Shown in pieces: positions 32,426-42,909 of a DNA stretch of 64,000 bases. Below the pieces are notes generated by a model that saw nothing but the letters and a program-made list of their open reading frames with translations, did not search any database and was not told where the DNA came from. This DNA comes from Calditrichia bacterium. Its GTDB lineage: Bacteria > Calditrichota > Calditrichia > RBG-13-44-9 > J075. A program made the translations under genes and the position numbers. The stretch covers positions 40,339 through 104,338 of the forward strand of contig JBOEGD010000027.1 in assembly GCA_050633245.1 (NCBI GenBank), written 5' to 3'. Position 1 is the stretch's first letter. Each line of letters starts with the position of its first letter.

Positions 32426-32701
32426 ATTGATTACCAGAATTTTAATTACCTCGTACGCATTTAGAACACATTGCACTTCAGAAAAAAAGCCGATTGGCAG
32501 CATGCCCACAATGCCTCGACTTAATGACATGATATATCGCCAAAATCACTGTTGAATGTGCTGCATGTGAATAAAAACAAACTTCTCAACAAAGAAGAAA
32601 TCAGGTTTATGCCAGCACAATTTTCCTCCGATTTTATTATCGGAGGTGACTATCAAAGCATAAGAAGAAAGTGCATAGACAGGAAGATGTGGAGGGTTTT
32701 A

Positions 32702-33688
32702 CTAAAGCTTTACTATTTTTCCAAGATTTTGATTGGATGCGATTTTGTATACTGCTGCGGTCGTGTATAAATCCTGTACTGCATTACCAACGGATTTAAA
32801 CAATGAGCACTCTGGCCAGTCTTCGGGCGGGTCTACTTTACCATTTGCAATTTCACCGATTTCTGCACGAATATGGTCTGACTTAATCCGGGCTGTTTTT
32901 AGCAGCATGGCAATTTCACCAGCTTCCTTCATACATGCCTCACGCTGATCGACAATAAGCCATGAGCGCATTACTGTTTCCATAGGAATCTCAGTGGTGT
33001 TGGGTTGGAAAGTTCCTACCGCATTGATATGTACCTGTCGCTGCAGATCCTGGTCGTTAAAGACCGAGTTAGTTGCAGTGGTTGCTGTGCAAACAATATC
33101 GCAGGTCTTTAGTTCTTCCATCCCGGTGGCCGGACGAATATCAATATCCAGTCGTTTCTTCATTCGCTTTGAAAAAGAACGGGCGGACTCGGGATCGCGA
33201 GAGAATATCAGCGCCTCGCGAATCGGACGCACCGTTGTAACCGCTTCGAGTTGAGTCTCAGCTTGAGTTCCGGCTCCAAAGATGCCGCAAATGGAAGAGT
33301 CCGGTCGCGCAAGCAAAGCAGTAGCAAGGCCTGAGGCGGCACCGGTTCGCAGAGCGGTGATGTATTCAGCATCCATAACCGCCAGCGGAACACCCGTATG
33401 CGCATCATACAACATAATCGAACCGTTGATCAGTGGCATTTGGTACGCTTTATTGGTAGGGAAAACCGATACTGTTTTCAACGCAAAATAGCCCAACTGC
33501 TCATCGACGACCGGCATAAACAGCGCGATGTTTTTGTAATCGCCAATTGGCAAATGGGTTCGAACCGGCGCCTTGGCTTCTCCGCTTGAAAGACGTGCAA
33601 ATGCTTGTTGCATCAACTCAATAGCTTCGGCCATAGAAAGACACTGTTCTACTTCTTCTCTATTTAAAACAAGTATTTCAGTAGACAT
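32702..33688 (-). CDS. Ornithine cyclodeaminase/mu-crystallin family; likely Delta1-pyrroline-2-carboxylate reductase
   Basis: ITALRTGAAS, GAGTQA, HINAVG, FKSVGNAVQD; directly downstream of a proline-racemase-family gene. Confidence 0.85.
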   Translation of the reverse strand: MSTEILVLNREEVEQCLSMAEAIELMQQAFARLSSGEAKAPVRTHLPIGDYKNIALFMPVVDEQLGYFALKTVSVFPTNKAYQMPLINGSIMLYDAHTGVPLAVMDAEYITALRTGAASGLATALLARPDSSICGIFGAGTQAETQLEAVTTVRPIREALIFSRDPESARSFSKRMKKRLDIDIRPATGMEELKTCDIVCTATTATNSVFNDQDLQRQVHINAVGTFQPNTTEIPMETVMRSWLIVDQREACMKEAGEIAMLLKTARIKSDHIRAEIGEIANGKVDPPEDWPECSLFKSVGNAVQDLYTTAAVYKIASNQNLGKIVKL

Positions 33689-33700
33689 TTTTTGCCTCCT

Positions 33701-34765
33701 CTATCGTAAAATGAAACCATTTCTTAACGGATCTTCCGGATCAATAACAAATTGGTGTATTCCGGTGATATGCGCAGTTCCCTCAACCTCGGGAATCACC
33801 GCCTTATGAGAACCAAATGTTGTCTCACTTAAAACTCCGGCTTTGAAGTTACTGCCAATGAGACTCTCGATAATCATTGGCTTTTCACCAACCGCTATTT
33901 CTCCACGGGCATGGTGAATGGCCATGCGTGCGCTTACTCCCGTTCCTGTTGGACACCGATCGACTTCACCTTCGGCAAAAATACAAACATTGCGACTGCT
34001 ATTTGTAGGGTCTTCAGCAGGACCAATAAAAATTGTGCCGTATAAAAAATTTAAATCCGGTTCGAAAGGATGGTGGATATCGTAGTTTTTCATTACCGTG
34101 TGCTTAATCGCCATTCCCCGTTCGATCAACAAACGATAGTCTTCTGCCACACAGCGAACGCCGGCGTCTTCGGCATTCACATAGGCATAAAATGCCCCCC
34201 CAAAGGCCAGGTCGTAGCGAATACTTCCAAGACCAGGCACCTCAACCGTTTCATCGAGAGCAAGCACAAAAGAAGGTACATTATGAAAATATACGCTTCG
34301 GACTGAATTGTTCTGCATGCGGGCATAGGCGGTTACAAGACCAGCCGGTGTATCAATACGAACGGCAGTTTCAGCACCTTCAGGCTCTATTAAACCAATC
34401 TCGACAGCTACCTTCGTTACAGCAATAATACCATGCCCACACATTGTGCTATACCCCTCATTGTGCAAAAAAAGCACGCCAAAATCGCCGGTCTCGCTTA
34501 CTGGTGGCGTGATAAGGCATCCGTACATGTCGGCATGTCCACGTGGCTCCCACATTAAGGAACGCCTTAAATTATCATAATGCTCCTTTGCCTGACGGCG
34601 ACGCTCCAAGATGGTTGTTCCGGTGAGCTCGGGGAAACCTGCGAGTATTACGCGCAACGGCTCGCCTTCCGTATGCGCATCGATGGTCCTTATTCCTACC
34701 CAATCGGATGGCGCCTTCCAGTTAAGCTCTGAAAGTCGTTGATAAAATTCGCTATTCATGAACAT
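33701..34765 (-). CDS. Proline racemase family, Cys/Thr type; likely trans-3-hydroxy-L-proline dehydratase
   Basis: DAHTEGEP, EPRGHADM, MCGHG and DRCPTGTG (Thr at the second catalytic position). Confidence 0.85.
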   Translation of the reverse strand: MFMNSEFYQRLSELNWKAPSDWVGIRTIDAHTEGEPLRVILAGFPELTGTTILERRRQAKEHYDNLRRSLMWEPRGHADMYGCLITPPVSETGDFGVLFLHNEGYSTMCGHGIIAVTKVAVEIGLIEPEGAETAVRIDTPAGLVTAYARMQNNSVRSVYFHNVPSFVLALDETVEVPGLGSIRYDLAFGGAFYAYVNAEDAGVRCVAEDYRLLIERGMAIKHTVMKNYDIHHPFEPDLNFLYGTIFIGPAEDPTNSSRNVCIFAEGEVDRCPTGTGVSARMAIHHARGEIAVGEKPMIIESLIGSNFKAGVLSETTFGSHKAVIPEVEGTAHITGIHQFVIDPEDPLRNGFILR

Positions 34766-34854
34766 GTCCCTTTCAATTATGCTGGGAAATCTACCAATTG
34801 TATCCGATATTTCGAAACGACAAATAGAAATTCAGAATATTATAAGGAAACCTC

Positions 34855-35211
34855 ATGACTTCTAAGCCCTCACTTCTATTAGCAATCGCCTTTCTAATAT
34901 TTGCTGTCATTCAATTTAATGATCCTGATCCTATGTTATGGGTTATGCTTTATAGTGCTGCTGCGGCTGTTTGTGCTCTAGATGCATTTGGACGTTTCGA
35001 AGAATCATTGACTGTTGTTATGTTTGGAGTTTGCTTTGCAACCGCTGTTTTCTATGCACCAGCCATTGCCGAGTGGCTGACCTCGCCGGATCTATCCGAG
35101 CTATATGGCGAAATGAAGGCACAAAAGCCCTTTATTGAAGAGACGCGGGAAAGCCTTGGAGCACTTATCGCCGCGACGGGCTGTTTCTACGTTTTCCATA
35201 AAAATCGATGA
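34855..35211 (+). CDS. Transmembrane-220 (TMEM220) family protein
   Basis: QFNDPDP..W...Y and EETRE.LG motifs. Confidence 0.8.
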   Translation: MTSKPSLLLAIAFLIFAVIQFNDPDPMLWVMLYSAAAAVCALDAFGRFEESLTVVMFGVCFATAVFYAPAIAEWLTSPDLSELYGEMKAQKPFIEETRESLGALIAATGCFYVFHKNR

Positions 35212-36155
35212 GGTTACCAATGCCCAGGCGCATTCTTCTCTACATAAGCATCCTTAGCTTTGCTGCTATAAATCTATTTTCGCAAACTCATAAAATGGCG
35301 CTTACCTTCGATGATTTACCCGTTGGCAAGTCTGGTGGTTACACGCTGGCGCAAATGCACAATATTACGGACTCATTGCTTAGCGTATTAGCAAAAGACA
35401 CGATTCCGGCGATTGGCTTTGTAAATGAAAAACGCCTTTTGAAATTTGGCGAGGTCGACGAGCGCATTCAGATCCTGCAAAAGTGGTTAGATGCCGGTCT
35501 GGATTTAGGAAATCATACCTTTTCACATCCGTCTTTGTTCAACACAGACTTGGTAACGTATCAGGAAGACCTCTTGCTGGGTGAACCGATTACCCGTAAG
35601 CTGCTTGATGAGAACAATAAAGAATTGCGCTACTTCCGGCACCCGTTTCTCAATACCGGTCCCACAGCAGAAATTCGAGATGCGTTCCATAGCTGGCTTG
35701 CAGCGCGAGGTTACACAATCGCTTTTGTTACGATTGATAATTCCGAGTGGATTTTTAACGCGGCCTTCGACAGGGCTCAAGGGATTGAGGCCAAACAGAA
35801 GGTTGGTGAAGCATATATAGACTATATGGATAAGCAAACTGCCTTTTGCGAATACGTCTCGCGGGAACTACTTGGTTACAACCTCCCCCACACCATGCTG
35901 CTGCATGCAAATCGCATTAATGCACATTATCTCGATGAATTAATCGAGATGTGGCAAAAACGTGGATATCAGTTTATTCCCATTGATGAAGCGCTCAAAG
36001 ACCCCGCCTACCAAATGTCTGATAATTATGCCGGACGCTCCGGAGTTACCTGGCTGTATCGCTGGGCCTATGGAACAGAGAAGCAGCAGGCAATCGACTG
36101 GCGGAGTGAACCTGAGGTGCCGGAGTTTGTTCTGCAGCTCTATTCCCTAAGGTAA
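35208..36155 (+). CDS. Secreted polysaccharide deacetylase (CE4/NodB)
   Basis: TFDDLP, GNHTFSH, FRHPFL and LLHAN motifs; signal peptide. Confidence 0.9.
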   Translation: MRLPMPRRILLYISILSFAAINLFSQTHKMALTFDDLPVGKSGGYTLAQMHNITDSLLSVLAKDTIPAIGFVNEKRLLKFGEVDERIQILQKWLDAGLDLGNHTFSHPSLFNTDLVTYQEDLLLGEPITRKLLDENNKELRYFRHPFLNTGPTAEIRDAFHSWLAARGYTIAFVTIDNSEWIFNAAFDRAQGIEAKQKVGEAYIDYMDKQTAFCEYVSRELLGYNLPHTMLLHANRINAHYLDELIEMWQKRGYQFIPIDEALKDPAYQMSDNYAGRSGVTWLYRWAYGTEKQQAIDWRSEPEVPEFVLQLYSLR

Positions 36156-36209
36156 CAGGAGATTTATCGCTTTCAGTTTAGCCATTCAATTTCACAGGAT
36201 TATTCCGCT

Positions 36210-39200
36210 ATGAGCAGATCACTCTCTACGCTTCTGGTCTTCTTGATTCTACTTTGTCTTCGCACAGCAATCTTGCCTCAGCAGCTGAACTTTACACAGC
36301 TGGGTACCGACCAGGGACTCTCGCAAAGCAGCGTTCGCGCCATTATACAGGATCAGCATGGTTTTATGTGGTTCGGAACGGAGGATGGTCTCAATCGCTA
36401 CGATGGTTACACCTTCAAGGTATATCGTTCCAGTCCAACAAACCCTCAAAGCTTATGCAGCAACTGGATTAACCGTCTGATGGAGGATGAATCCGGTTTG
36501 ATATGGATCGGAACGCCCAACGGCCTGTCTGTGTTAAACCCTGAGACAGAGCAGTTCTTTTCATTTTTTGCATCGGCATCAGACTCAACATCCCTGACAA
36601 GTTCATTGATTACTGCTTTATTTCAAGACAACCAGTCCAACATATTTGTCGGCACCAACAACGGATTAAATCGCCTGAATCCTTCATCCACACCACGATC
36701 TGAATGGAAATTCGAGCCTTTTCCAAATAGTGACTCATTCAATACGACAGGCCCAAAGGGCGGAATTATTCAATCCATCTGTGAAGATGCTTTCGGGCGG
36801 ATCTGGTTTAGTGCACAGCAGCGAGATGTGGAGACGTCCCTTGACACGGGCGCATTAAACAGCTTTAATCCATCGGATAGGTCGTTTAAACAATATTATC
36901 ACCAGCCGGAAAATAGCAATAGCCTCAGTAGCAGTGCGGTAAAATCAGTATTTTTCGATTCGTTCGGAACGTTATGGGTTGGAACCGTTGAGGGCGGCTT
37001 AAACCGAATACACTTTGATGAAAATGGCACCTTCCATAAGGTGAGACGCTTTCTGGCAGATACCGGGGATCCATCAAGTATCCCGCATAAGTACATCAAT
37101 AAGATTACTCAGGATAAAAACGAGACTATCTGGGTTGCGACATATGACGGAATCGCTCGTTTTCTTCCGAAAACACAGAGCTTCCAAAGCTTTCGTTACG
37201 ACGCCAAAAACTCGACTAGTATCGCAGCACCTCATGTATTGGACTTAATGGCGGATCAGTGGAATAACCTGTGGATTACTACGGGAACCGGCTTAAGTAT
37301 CCACTTTCCGCGAACAAAGAAGTTCAGGAACTATCTTCCGGATAAGGAGAATACCAATACGATTATCAACGGTGATATTTTTGGTATGCTTGAAGACAGT
37401 GATGGCGAAGTATGGTGTGCAAGCTATGGATCGGGTCTTTCGCGAATCATTCCTCAGTCCGGGGGTAAGGAAAAAGTAGTTTCCTACTCCACCTCCAGTC
37501 ATAACACATCTATTCTCCCAACAAACCACCTTCTGGATATAAAACAAGCCCCCGACAACACTATATGGCTCGCTACATTTGGCGGTTTGCTAAAGATTAG
37601 CAAAAAAAGCGGTTCGGATAAAATCCTTCTGGATAGATTTCTACCAACTGATGATATCAAAACCTCCCTGTCATCCCCCTACTTTCTTACTACAAACCTG
37701 CATAGTGCAAATGGTTTTATAGCAAAGACCTATCGCTCTGGGATAGATAGGATTTCGTTTAACAACAAAACATTAGTCGCGAGCAATATTGCCTTCATTG
37801 GCTTAGAAGAAGTTGACTCGCTAAAAATTCTTCCGGAATCCACTACCGACAATAGGGGAGAAGCATGGATAATCACGCCAGCCAGACTTTTTTTCGTAAA
37901 GGACATCATGGCAACCGAGCCGACCTCAACTCCGGTTGTTTTTGATAATATCAAGTGGCGCCAGATTCTGGCTCAGGATATCAAATCGATTTTTCGTTCC
38001 GAGGCGAATACACTATGGCTTGGAACAACCAATGGATTGGCCAAAGCCACGTTTAGTGATGATCCGGGTACCGGGAATGTTGATACGCTTCATGCGACCG
38101 TTCGGTTCTTTACTGACCGCGAGGGTTTGCCAAACAATACCATTTATGCCATTGAGTCTGATAATAAGGGCAACCTGTGGATGAGCACCAACAAAGGGTT
38201 GTCGAAGTTTTCCCCCATAGAAAACACTTTCAGAAATTTCGACGTTTCAGATGGCCTTTTCGGCAATGAGTTCAATGAACAATCCGTAACAAAGGGACAT
38301 GATGGGACACTCTATTTTGCAGGGATAAAAGGGTTTGTCAAGTTTCACCCAGATTCGATAACTGATAATCCACATGCACCACCTGTAAAAATTACTCGTT
38401 TACAAATAATGAACAACACGGTGGCTTTCGATCCAGCCGGAGAGTCATATTTAAAGCAGCCTATTGAAACCACTAAAGAATTAACATTGTCTCATAGAGA
38501 CTATTATGTGACACTTGAGTTTTCAGCATTAAATTTCAACAGTCCTGAAAAAAATCAGTATGAATACAAACTTGAAGGCTTCCATGATGAATGGATTCAC
38601 CTCGGCCATCAACGACAGGCAACATTTACAAACCTGAACTCCGGTACCTATATTTTTAGGGTAAGAGGAAGCAATAATGATGGTGTATGGAGTTCAGAAG
38701 AGACGACCTTAAAAATACGGGTTCTTCCACCCCCCTGGAAGTCCTGGTGGGCATACACTGCCTACCTCCTGCTTGCAGTAGCACTATTATTTGTTTATAC
38801 CAGAAGCCATAGAAAAAAACTCGACGCAGAAGTGGAAGTAAAACTAAAAATAGCCGAAGCAAAAAGAGAAGAACGCGAACGGGTACGTAAACGGACATCT
38901 CAGGATTTCCACGATGAAGCAGGCAACCGCCTGACCAGGATAAATCTGATTAGCGAAGTCGCGTCGCAAAAATATGGCAAGAACAAAGAGCTGCAGGAAT
39001 ATCTGGAGAAGATCAAGCAGAATACACGTGAGCTCTCTTCGGGAATGAGGGACTTTCTTTGGACACTCGATACAGAAAAGGATACGCTGCTGGACCTGGT
39101 AGAGCGTTTGGAAAGTTTCGGCAATGCAATGTTTCAGTATACCGATACACGTTTTTTAGTTGAAGCCCGGCGCCAAACATTCAACGAAGTTGGGTTGCCA

Positions 39201-39497
39201 ATGGAATTGCAGCGCTCAATACTGCTGATATTTAAGGAAGCAATGAATAATGTGCTAAAATATGCTGCCGCTTCCGTTGTTTCTTTAACGATAAAATCAG
39301 AAGAAGCCGCAATTTTCATAGAGCTATCTGACGATGGGAAAGGCTTTGAACTTCCTGCCTCCGGAGATGGCTATGGCATTAAGAATATGACAGCGCGAGC
39401 GAAGAAGATCAATGGTTCCTTTTCGCTGCAAACAAATGAAGGCCAGGGAACAAAGATCACATTGATTTTATCACTTCCCCAGAGTGACAAAACCTGA
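36210..39497 (+). CDS. Sensor histidine kinase (beta-propeller repeats, Y_Y_Y, TM, HisKA_3, HATPase)
   Basis: GTEDGLNRYDG, FTNLNSGTY, QDFHDEAG, KEAMNN..KY, DDGKGF, GYGIKNM..RA. Confidence 0.9.
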   Translation: MSRSLSTLLVFLILLCLRTAILPQQLNFTQLGTDQGLSQSSVRAIIQDQHGFMWFGTEDGLNRYDGYTFKVYRSSPTNPQSLCSNWINRLMEDESGLIWIGTPNGLSVLNPETEQFFSFFASASDSTSLTSSLITALFQDNQSNIFVGTNNGLNRLNPSSTPRSEWKFEPFPNSDSFNTTGPKGGIIQSICEDAFGRIWFSAQQRDVETSLDTGALNSFNPSDRSFKQYYHQPENSNSLSSSAVKSVFFDSFGTLWVGTVEGGLNRIHFDENGTFHKVRRFLADTGDPSSIPHKYINKITQDKNETIWVATYDGIARFLPKTQSFQSFRYDAKNSTSIAAPHVLDLMADQWNNLWITTGTGLSIHFPRTKKFRNYLPDKENTNTIINGDIFGMLEDSDGEVWCASYGSGLSRIIPQSGGKEKVVSYSTSSHNTSILPTNHLLDIKQAPDNTIWLATFGGLLKISKKSGSDKILLDRFLPTDDIKTSLSSPYFLTTNLHSANGFIAKTYRSGIDRISFNNKTLVASNIAFIGLEEVDSLKILPESTTDNRGEAWIITPARLFFVKDIMATEPTSTPVVFDNIKWRQILAQDIKSIFRSEANTLWLGTTNGLAKATFSDDPGTGNVDTLHATVRFFTDREGLPNNTIYAIESDNKGNLWMSTNKGLSKFSPIENTFRNFDVSDGLFGNEFNEQSVTKGHDGTLYFAGIKGFVKFHPDSITDNPHAPPVKITRLQIMNNTVAFDPAGESYLKQPIETTKELTLSHRDYYVTLEFSALNFNSPEKNQYEYKLEGFHDEWIHLGHQRQATFTNLNSGTYIFRVRGSNNDGVWSSEETTLKIRVLPPPWKSWWAYTAYLLLAVALLFVYTRSHRKKLDAEVEVKLKIAEAKREERERVRKRTSQDFHDEAGNRLTRINLISEVASQKYGKNKELQEYLEKIKQNTRELSSGMRDFLWTLDTEKDTLLDLVERLESFGNAMFQYTDTRFLVEARRQTFNEVGLPMELQRSILLIFKEAMNNVLKYAAASVVSLTIKSEEAAIFIELSDDGKGFELPASGDGYGIKNMTARAKKINGSFSLQTNEGQGTKITLILSLPQSDKT

Positions 39498-39507
39498 AGT
39501 CAGAACT

Positions 39508-41133
39508 TCATTTTAAGAGAATCATCTTCCGAGTAAGACTTTGGTTTCCAACAGTAAGACGATAGAAGTAAATACCGCCAGCCAAATCAGACGAATCAAA
39601 CGAAATTGTATGATCACCTACCTGCTTTCTACTATCAACTAATGTAGCGACTGAATGCCCAAGCAGGTCAAAAACGGTCAGCTTCACCGGCGCTGCTTTT
39701 TCCAGCGAAAAGCGAATCGTGGTAGACGGGTTGAATGGATTGGGATAGTTCTGCGCCAAAGTAAAACCGCCAGCGACATTTTCTGAAACCGGTGAAATTC
39801 CAACCGGCGTATTTTCAAAACCAATCATTAGCTTTGCCAGATCTGCACGTTGGCGAATTTCGGTGATCGCATCCAGAGCAGTACTCCCCTGAGCAACCAC
39901 ATAAGCCATAATCACATCCTGAGTATCCCCTTTGGCCATATCAAATGCTGCAGTGCTTAGCAACATTCGTCTGTCTCCGCTCCAATTTGTGCGCCAACCA
40001 GTCTCGCTCACCGGATCACCACTGTAGAAGAAGCGACAGTCCGTATTTTGTGTGGCGCCAATTCCCCAAAACATAGGATCAATTGGATAGCCAATTGCAG
40101 ACAGACATCCCTCACCATAATTACGTACAACTCTGGCAGTTGTTGGATCACTGAGGATTGGATCTCCGCCAACGTATTCAATAAAAGACTGAACCGGTTG
40201 GTTTCGTGCATTGTTTATCGTATCTAATCCACAAAAATCTCCCTGATAGCGATAGGCAGTTTCTCCGAAAGAAGAGACAACCGGCCCTTGCAACAACACA
40301 ATGCCAAAAGCTGGTGGTGTTGTACCGTAAATTTGATCTATGCTATCATTGTAGCAATATGACATTTGTCTTGCAATATCGCAACCGATTCTATCCGTTT
40401 CAAAATCACCAATATCAGGGTCTGCAGTAAAGGTCAGAATTGCGCCATTTATAGCTGCAACACCTCTATTAATCAGACGATAGCGAAAAAATATTATATC
40501 TGCCTCATCTCCCGGACCGGCATATCCCCAGATAGTTTGATGAACTTCAATACTAAGTGGAGGGGTTAGTAAGCGGGGTGTTCGCTGGGCAACTGAGGTG
40601 ACGTCATTATAGACTGTCCATAGTGTTTTATCTCCGAGAAGATCCGGTTTATCCACATTCGGATTGTACTCACCATTGCCGTCCAAATCCTGATATTCAG
40701 CGCCGGCCCGTACCGCCTTTTCCCAGGCAATATAGTTTGTACTACCAAAGGTATCGTCAGATGTAACCTCGTAAATCCCATCAAGTGAGTCCAGAGGGTT
40801 TCCTGAGATAGGACCTGGCCTAAACTCATCAATAAGGGATACTCTGGCACTCCACGCCGTTCGCAGATTTCCATTTACATAGCCGGTAAGTCCAAGACCA
40901 GCAGAGAAAAGAAACTTTTTGTCACTGCCTGCCGGATAAACACCACCATTAAAATGTGCCAGTGCACCAGCATTGTCTACAGCGAGTTCGATATTATTCA
41001 CATCCATTGTATCGATAGCTGTTTGAAATTGACTCGCTTTTATTAACGGCTTTTTTGACAGCTGTTGCTGTGCCAGCGCCGCAAAAGAGAAAAAAAGTAT
41101 ATAGCAAACAATAAAATGCTTTGTCCAGCTCAT
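39508..41133 (-). CDS. Secreted protein with T9SS-like C-terminal domain (paralogue B)
   Basis: Signal peptide, DLDGNG Ca-loop, DPDIGD, QNYPNPFNP; ATG 41133 gives 541 aa, the same length as its paralogue. Confidence 0.85.
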   Translation of the reverse strand: MSWTKHFIVCYILFFSFAALAQQQLSKKPLIKASQFQTAIDTMDVNNIELAVDNAGALAHFNGGVYPAGSDKKFLFSAGLGLTGYVNGNLRTAWSARVSLIDEFRPGPISGNPLDSLDGIYEVTSDDTFGSTNYIAWEKAVRAGAEYQDLDGNGEYNPNVDKPDLLGDKTLWTVYNDVTSVAQRTPRLLTPPLSIEVHQTIWGYAGPGDEADIIFFRYRLINRGVAAINGAILTFTADPDIGDFETDRIGCDIARQMSYCYNDSIDQIYGTTPPAFGIVLLQGPVVSSFGETAYRYQGDFCGLDTINNARNQPVQSFIEYVGGDPILSDPTTARVVRNYGEGCLSAIGYPIDPMFWGIGATQNTDCRFFYSGDPVSETGWRTNWSGDRRMLLSTAAFDMAKGDTQDVIMAYVVAQGSTALDAITEIRQRADLAKLMIGFENTPVGISPVSENVAGGFTLAQNYPNPFNPSTTIRFSLEKAAPVKLTVFDLLGHSVATLVDSRKQVGDHTISFDSSDLAGGIYFYRLTVGNQSLTRKMILLK

Positions 41134-41152
41134 AGGGATTTCCACTTCTGAT

Positions 41153-41180
41153 CTTTGAACTTTGAACTTTGAACTTTGAA
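41153..41180. repeat. Perfect heptamer tandem repeat (CTTTGAA) x4
   Basis: ctttgaa repeated four times between the two paralogues. Confidence 0.9.
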
Positions 41181-41187
41181 CTCTTAG

Positions 41188-42813
41188 TTATTTCAATAGA
41201 ATCATTTTGCGAGTCAGGCTTTCGCTTCCTACGGTCAGGCGGTAAAAATAAATACCACCGGCTAAGTTTGACGCATCAAACGAAATTGCATGATCACCCA
41301 CCTGCTTTCTACTATCGACTAATGTAGCGACTGATTGTCCAAGGAGGTCGAAAACAGTCAGCTTCACCGACCCAGTTTTTTGCAGTGAAAAGTGAATCGC
41401 GGTAGACGGGTTAAATGGATTGGGATAGTTCTGCGCCAAAGTAAATCTGCCAGCTAAACTTTCTGAAACCGGTGAAATTCCGACTGGCGTATTTTCGAAA
41501 CCAATAAATGCTTTTGCCAGATCGGCACGCTGGCGAATTTCGGTAATGGCATCCAATGGGTCGGCGCCCTGGGCAACAACATAGGCCATTATCACATCCT
41601 GGGTGTCGCCTTTGGCCATATTAAACCAGTCAGTGCTTAATAACATTCGTTTGTCTCCGGGCGCATTGGCAAGCCAACCGGTAGCTGTTACCGGATCGCC
41701 TGGGTACAAAAAGCGGCAGTCAGAAGCACTCGTGCCACCGGTTCCCCAATACGTTGGGTCGATTGACATTCCATGTGCATCTAAACAGCCCTCTCCATAG
41801 TTTCGAACAACCTGCGATTTGTATGGATCCGGCAATAGCGGATCTCCTCCAATAAATTCGAGAAAAGACTGAATCGGCTGATTTCTGGCATTCGAGATGG
41901 TATCATAACCAAAGAATTCTCCCTGATAACGATACGCTACCTCACCCGGACTGGGGGTAATCGGTCCCTGTAACAATACGATACCAAAAGCCGGAGGTTT
42001 ATCGCCATAAACCAAATCATTCCCATTATTGAAAGCGTAGGCCATTTGCCTCGAAACGTCGCAGCCTAACAAGTCATCTTCAAAATCGCCAATATCCGGA
42101 TCGGCGGTAAATGTAAAAATTGCTTCTTCGATAGCAGATACACCTTTATTGATAATCCGATAGCGACAAAAAAGAATATCTGACTCAGAGCCGGAGCCAC
42201 CATATCCCCAAAGTGATTGATGTATTTCTACATTTAAAGGGTTTGTCAGAAGGCGAGGTGTTCGCTGTGCCAGACTCGTCACATCATTGTAAACGGTCCA
42301 AAGTGTTTTATCACCGATTAAATCCGGGCGATCGACATTGGGATTATATCGGCCGTCGTTATTTAGGTCCTGAAACTCAGCCCCGGCCAATACGGCCATA
42401 CTCCACGCAATATAATTTGCGCTGCCAAAGGTATCAGATGCAGTGACCGCATAAACTCCCTCAAGAGAATCCAGTGGATTATTTGCCATGTGTCCAGGCT
42501 TAAATTCATCGAGCAGAGATGCACGTGCCGTCCATGCAGTGCGAAGAGAATCGCCAACATAGCCGGTAAGACCAAGGCCGCCAACGAAAAGAAAAGTCTG
42601 CCCACTTCCTGCAGGGTAATCCCCGGCATTATAAAATGCGAGTGCACCTGCATTGTCCACGGCAAGCTCAATGTTATTCACATCCATGGTATCAATAGCT
42701 GTTTGAAAATGGCTTTTGTGTGGCAATTCTTTTTTAGCATTTCCCTGTGCAAACAATAGTCCGGTAAGGAAAATTAAAAAAACAATCTTAAGGCAGATCG
42801 CTATACGAAACAT
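41188..42813 (-). CDS. Secreted protein with T9SS-like C-terminal domain (paralogue A)
   Basis: Colinear with 39508-41133 (FQTAIDTMDVNNIELAVDNAGALA; TLWTVYNDVTS; GDTQDVIMAYVVAQG). Confidence 0.85.
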   Translation of the reverse strand: MFRIAICLKIVFLIFLTGLLFAQGNAKKELPHKSHFQTAIDTMDVNNIELAVDNAGALAFYNAGDYPAGSGQTFLFVGGLGLTGYVGDSLRTAWTARASLLDEFKPGHMANNPLDSLEGVYAVTASDTFGSANYIAWSMAVLAGAEFQDLNNDGRYNPNVDRPDLIGDKTLWTVYNDVTSLAQRTPRLLTNPLNVEIHQSLWGYGGSGSESDILFCRYRIINKGVSAIEEAIFTFTADPDIGDFEDDLLGCDVSRQMAYAFNNGNDLVYGDKPPAFGIVLLQGPITPSPGEVAYRYQGEFFGYDTISNARNQPIQSFLEFIGGDPLLPDPYKSQVVRNYGEGCLDAHGMSIDPTYWGTGGTSASDCRFLYPGDPVTATGWLANAPGDKRMLLSTDWFNMAKGDTQDVIMAYVVAQGADPLDAITEIRQRADLAKAFIGFENTPVGISPVSESLAGRFTLAQNYPNPFNPSTAIHFSLQKTGSVKLTVFDLLGQSVATLVDSRKQVGDHAISFDASNLAGGIYFYRLTVGSESLTRKMILLK

Positions 42814-42909
42814 ATTGCACCTTTTTAAGCCTATTCGAGGAAAGAGCTAAGATTCTTACACTTATTTTAACTATAAGTGGTAGTGCAAAATAATTTGACA
42901 CTTGGAATG

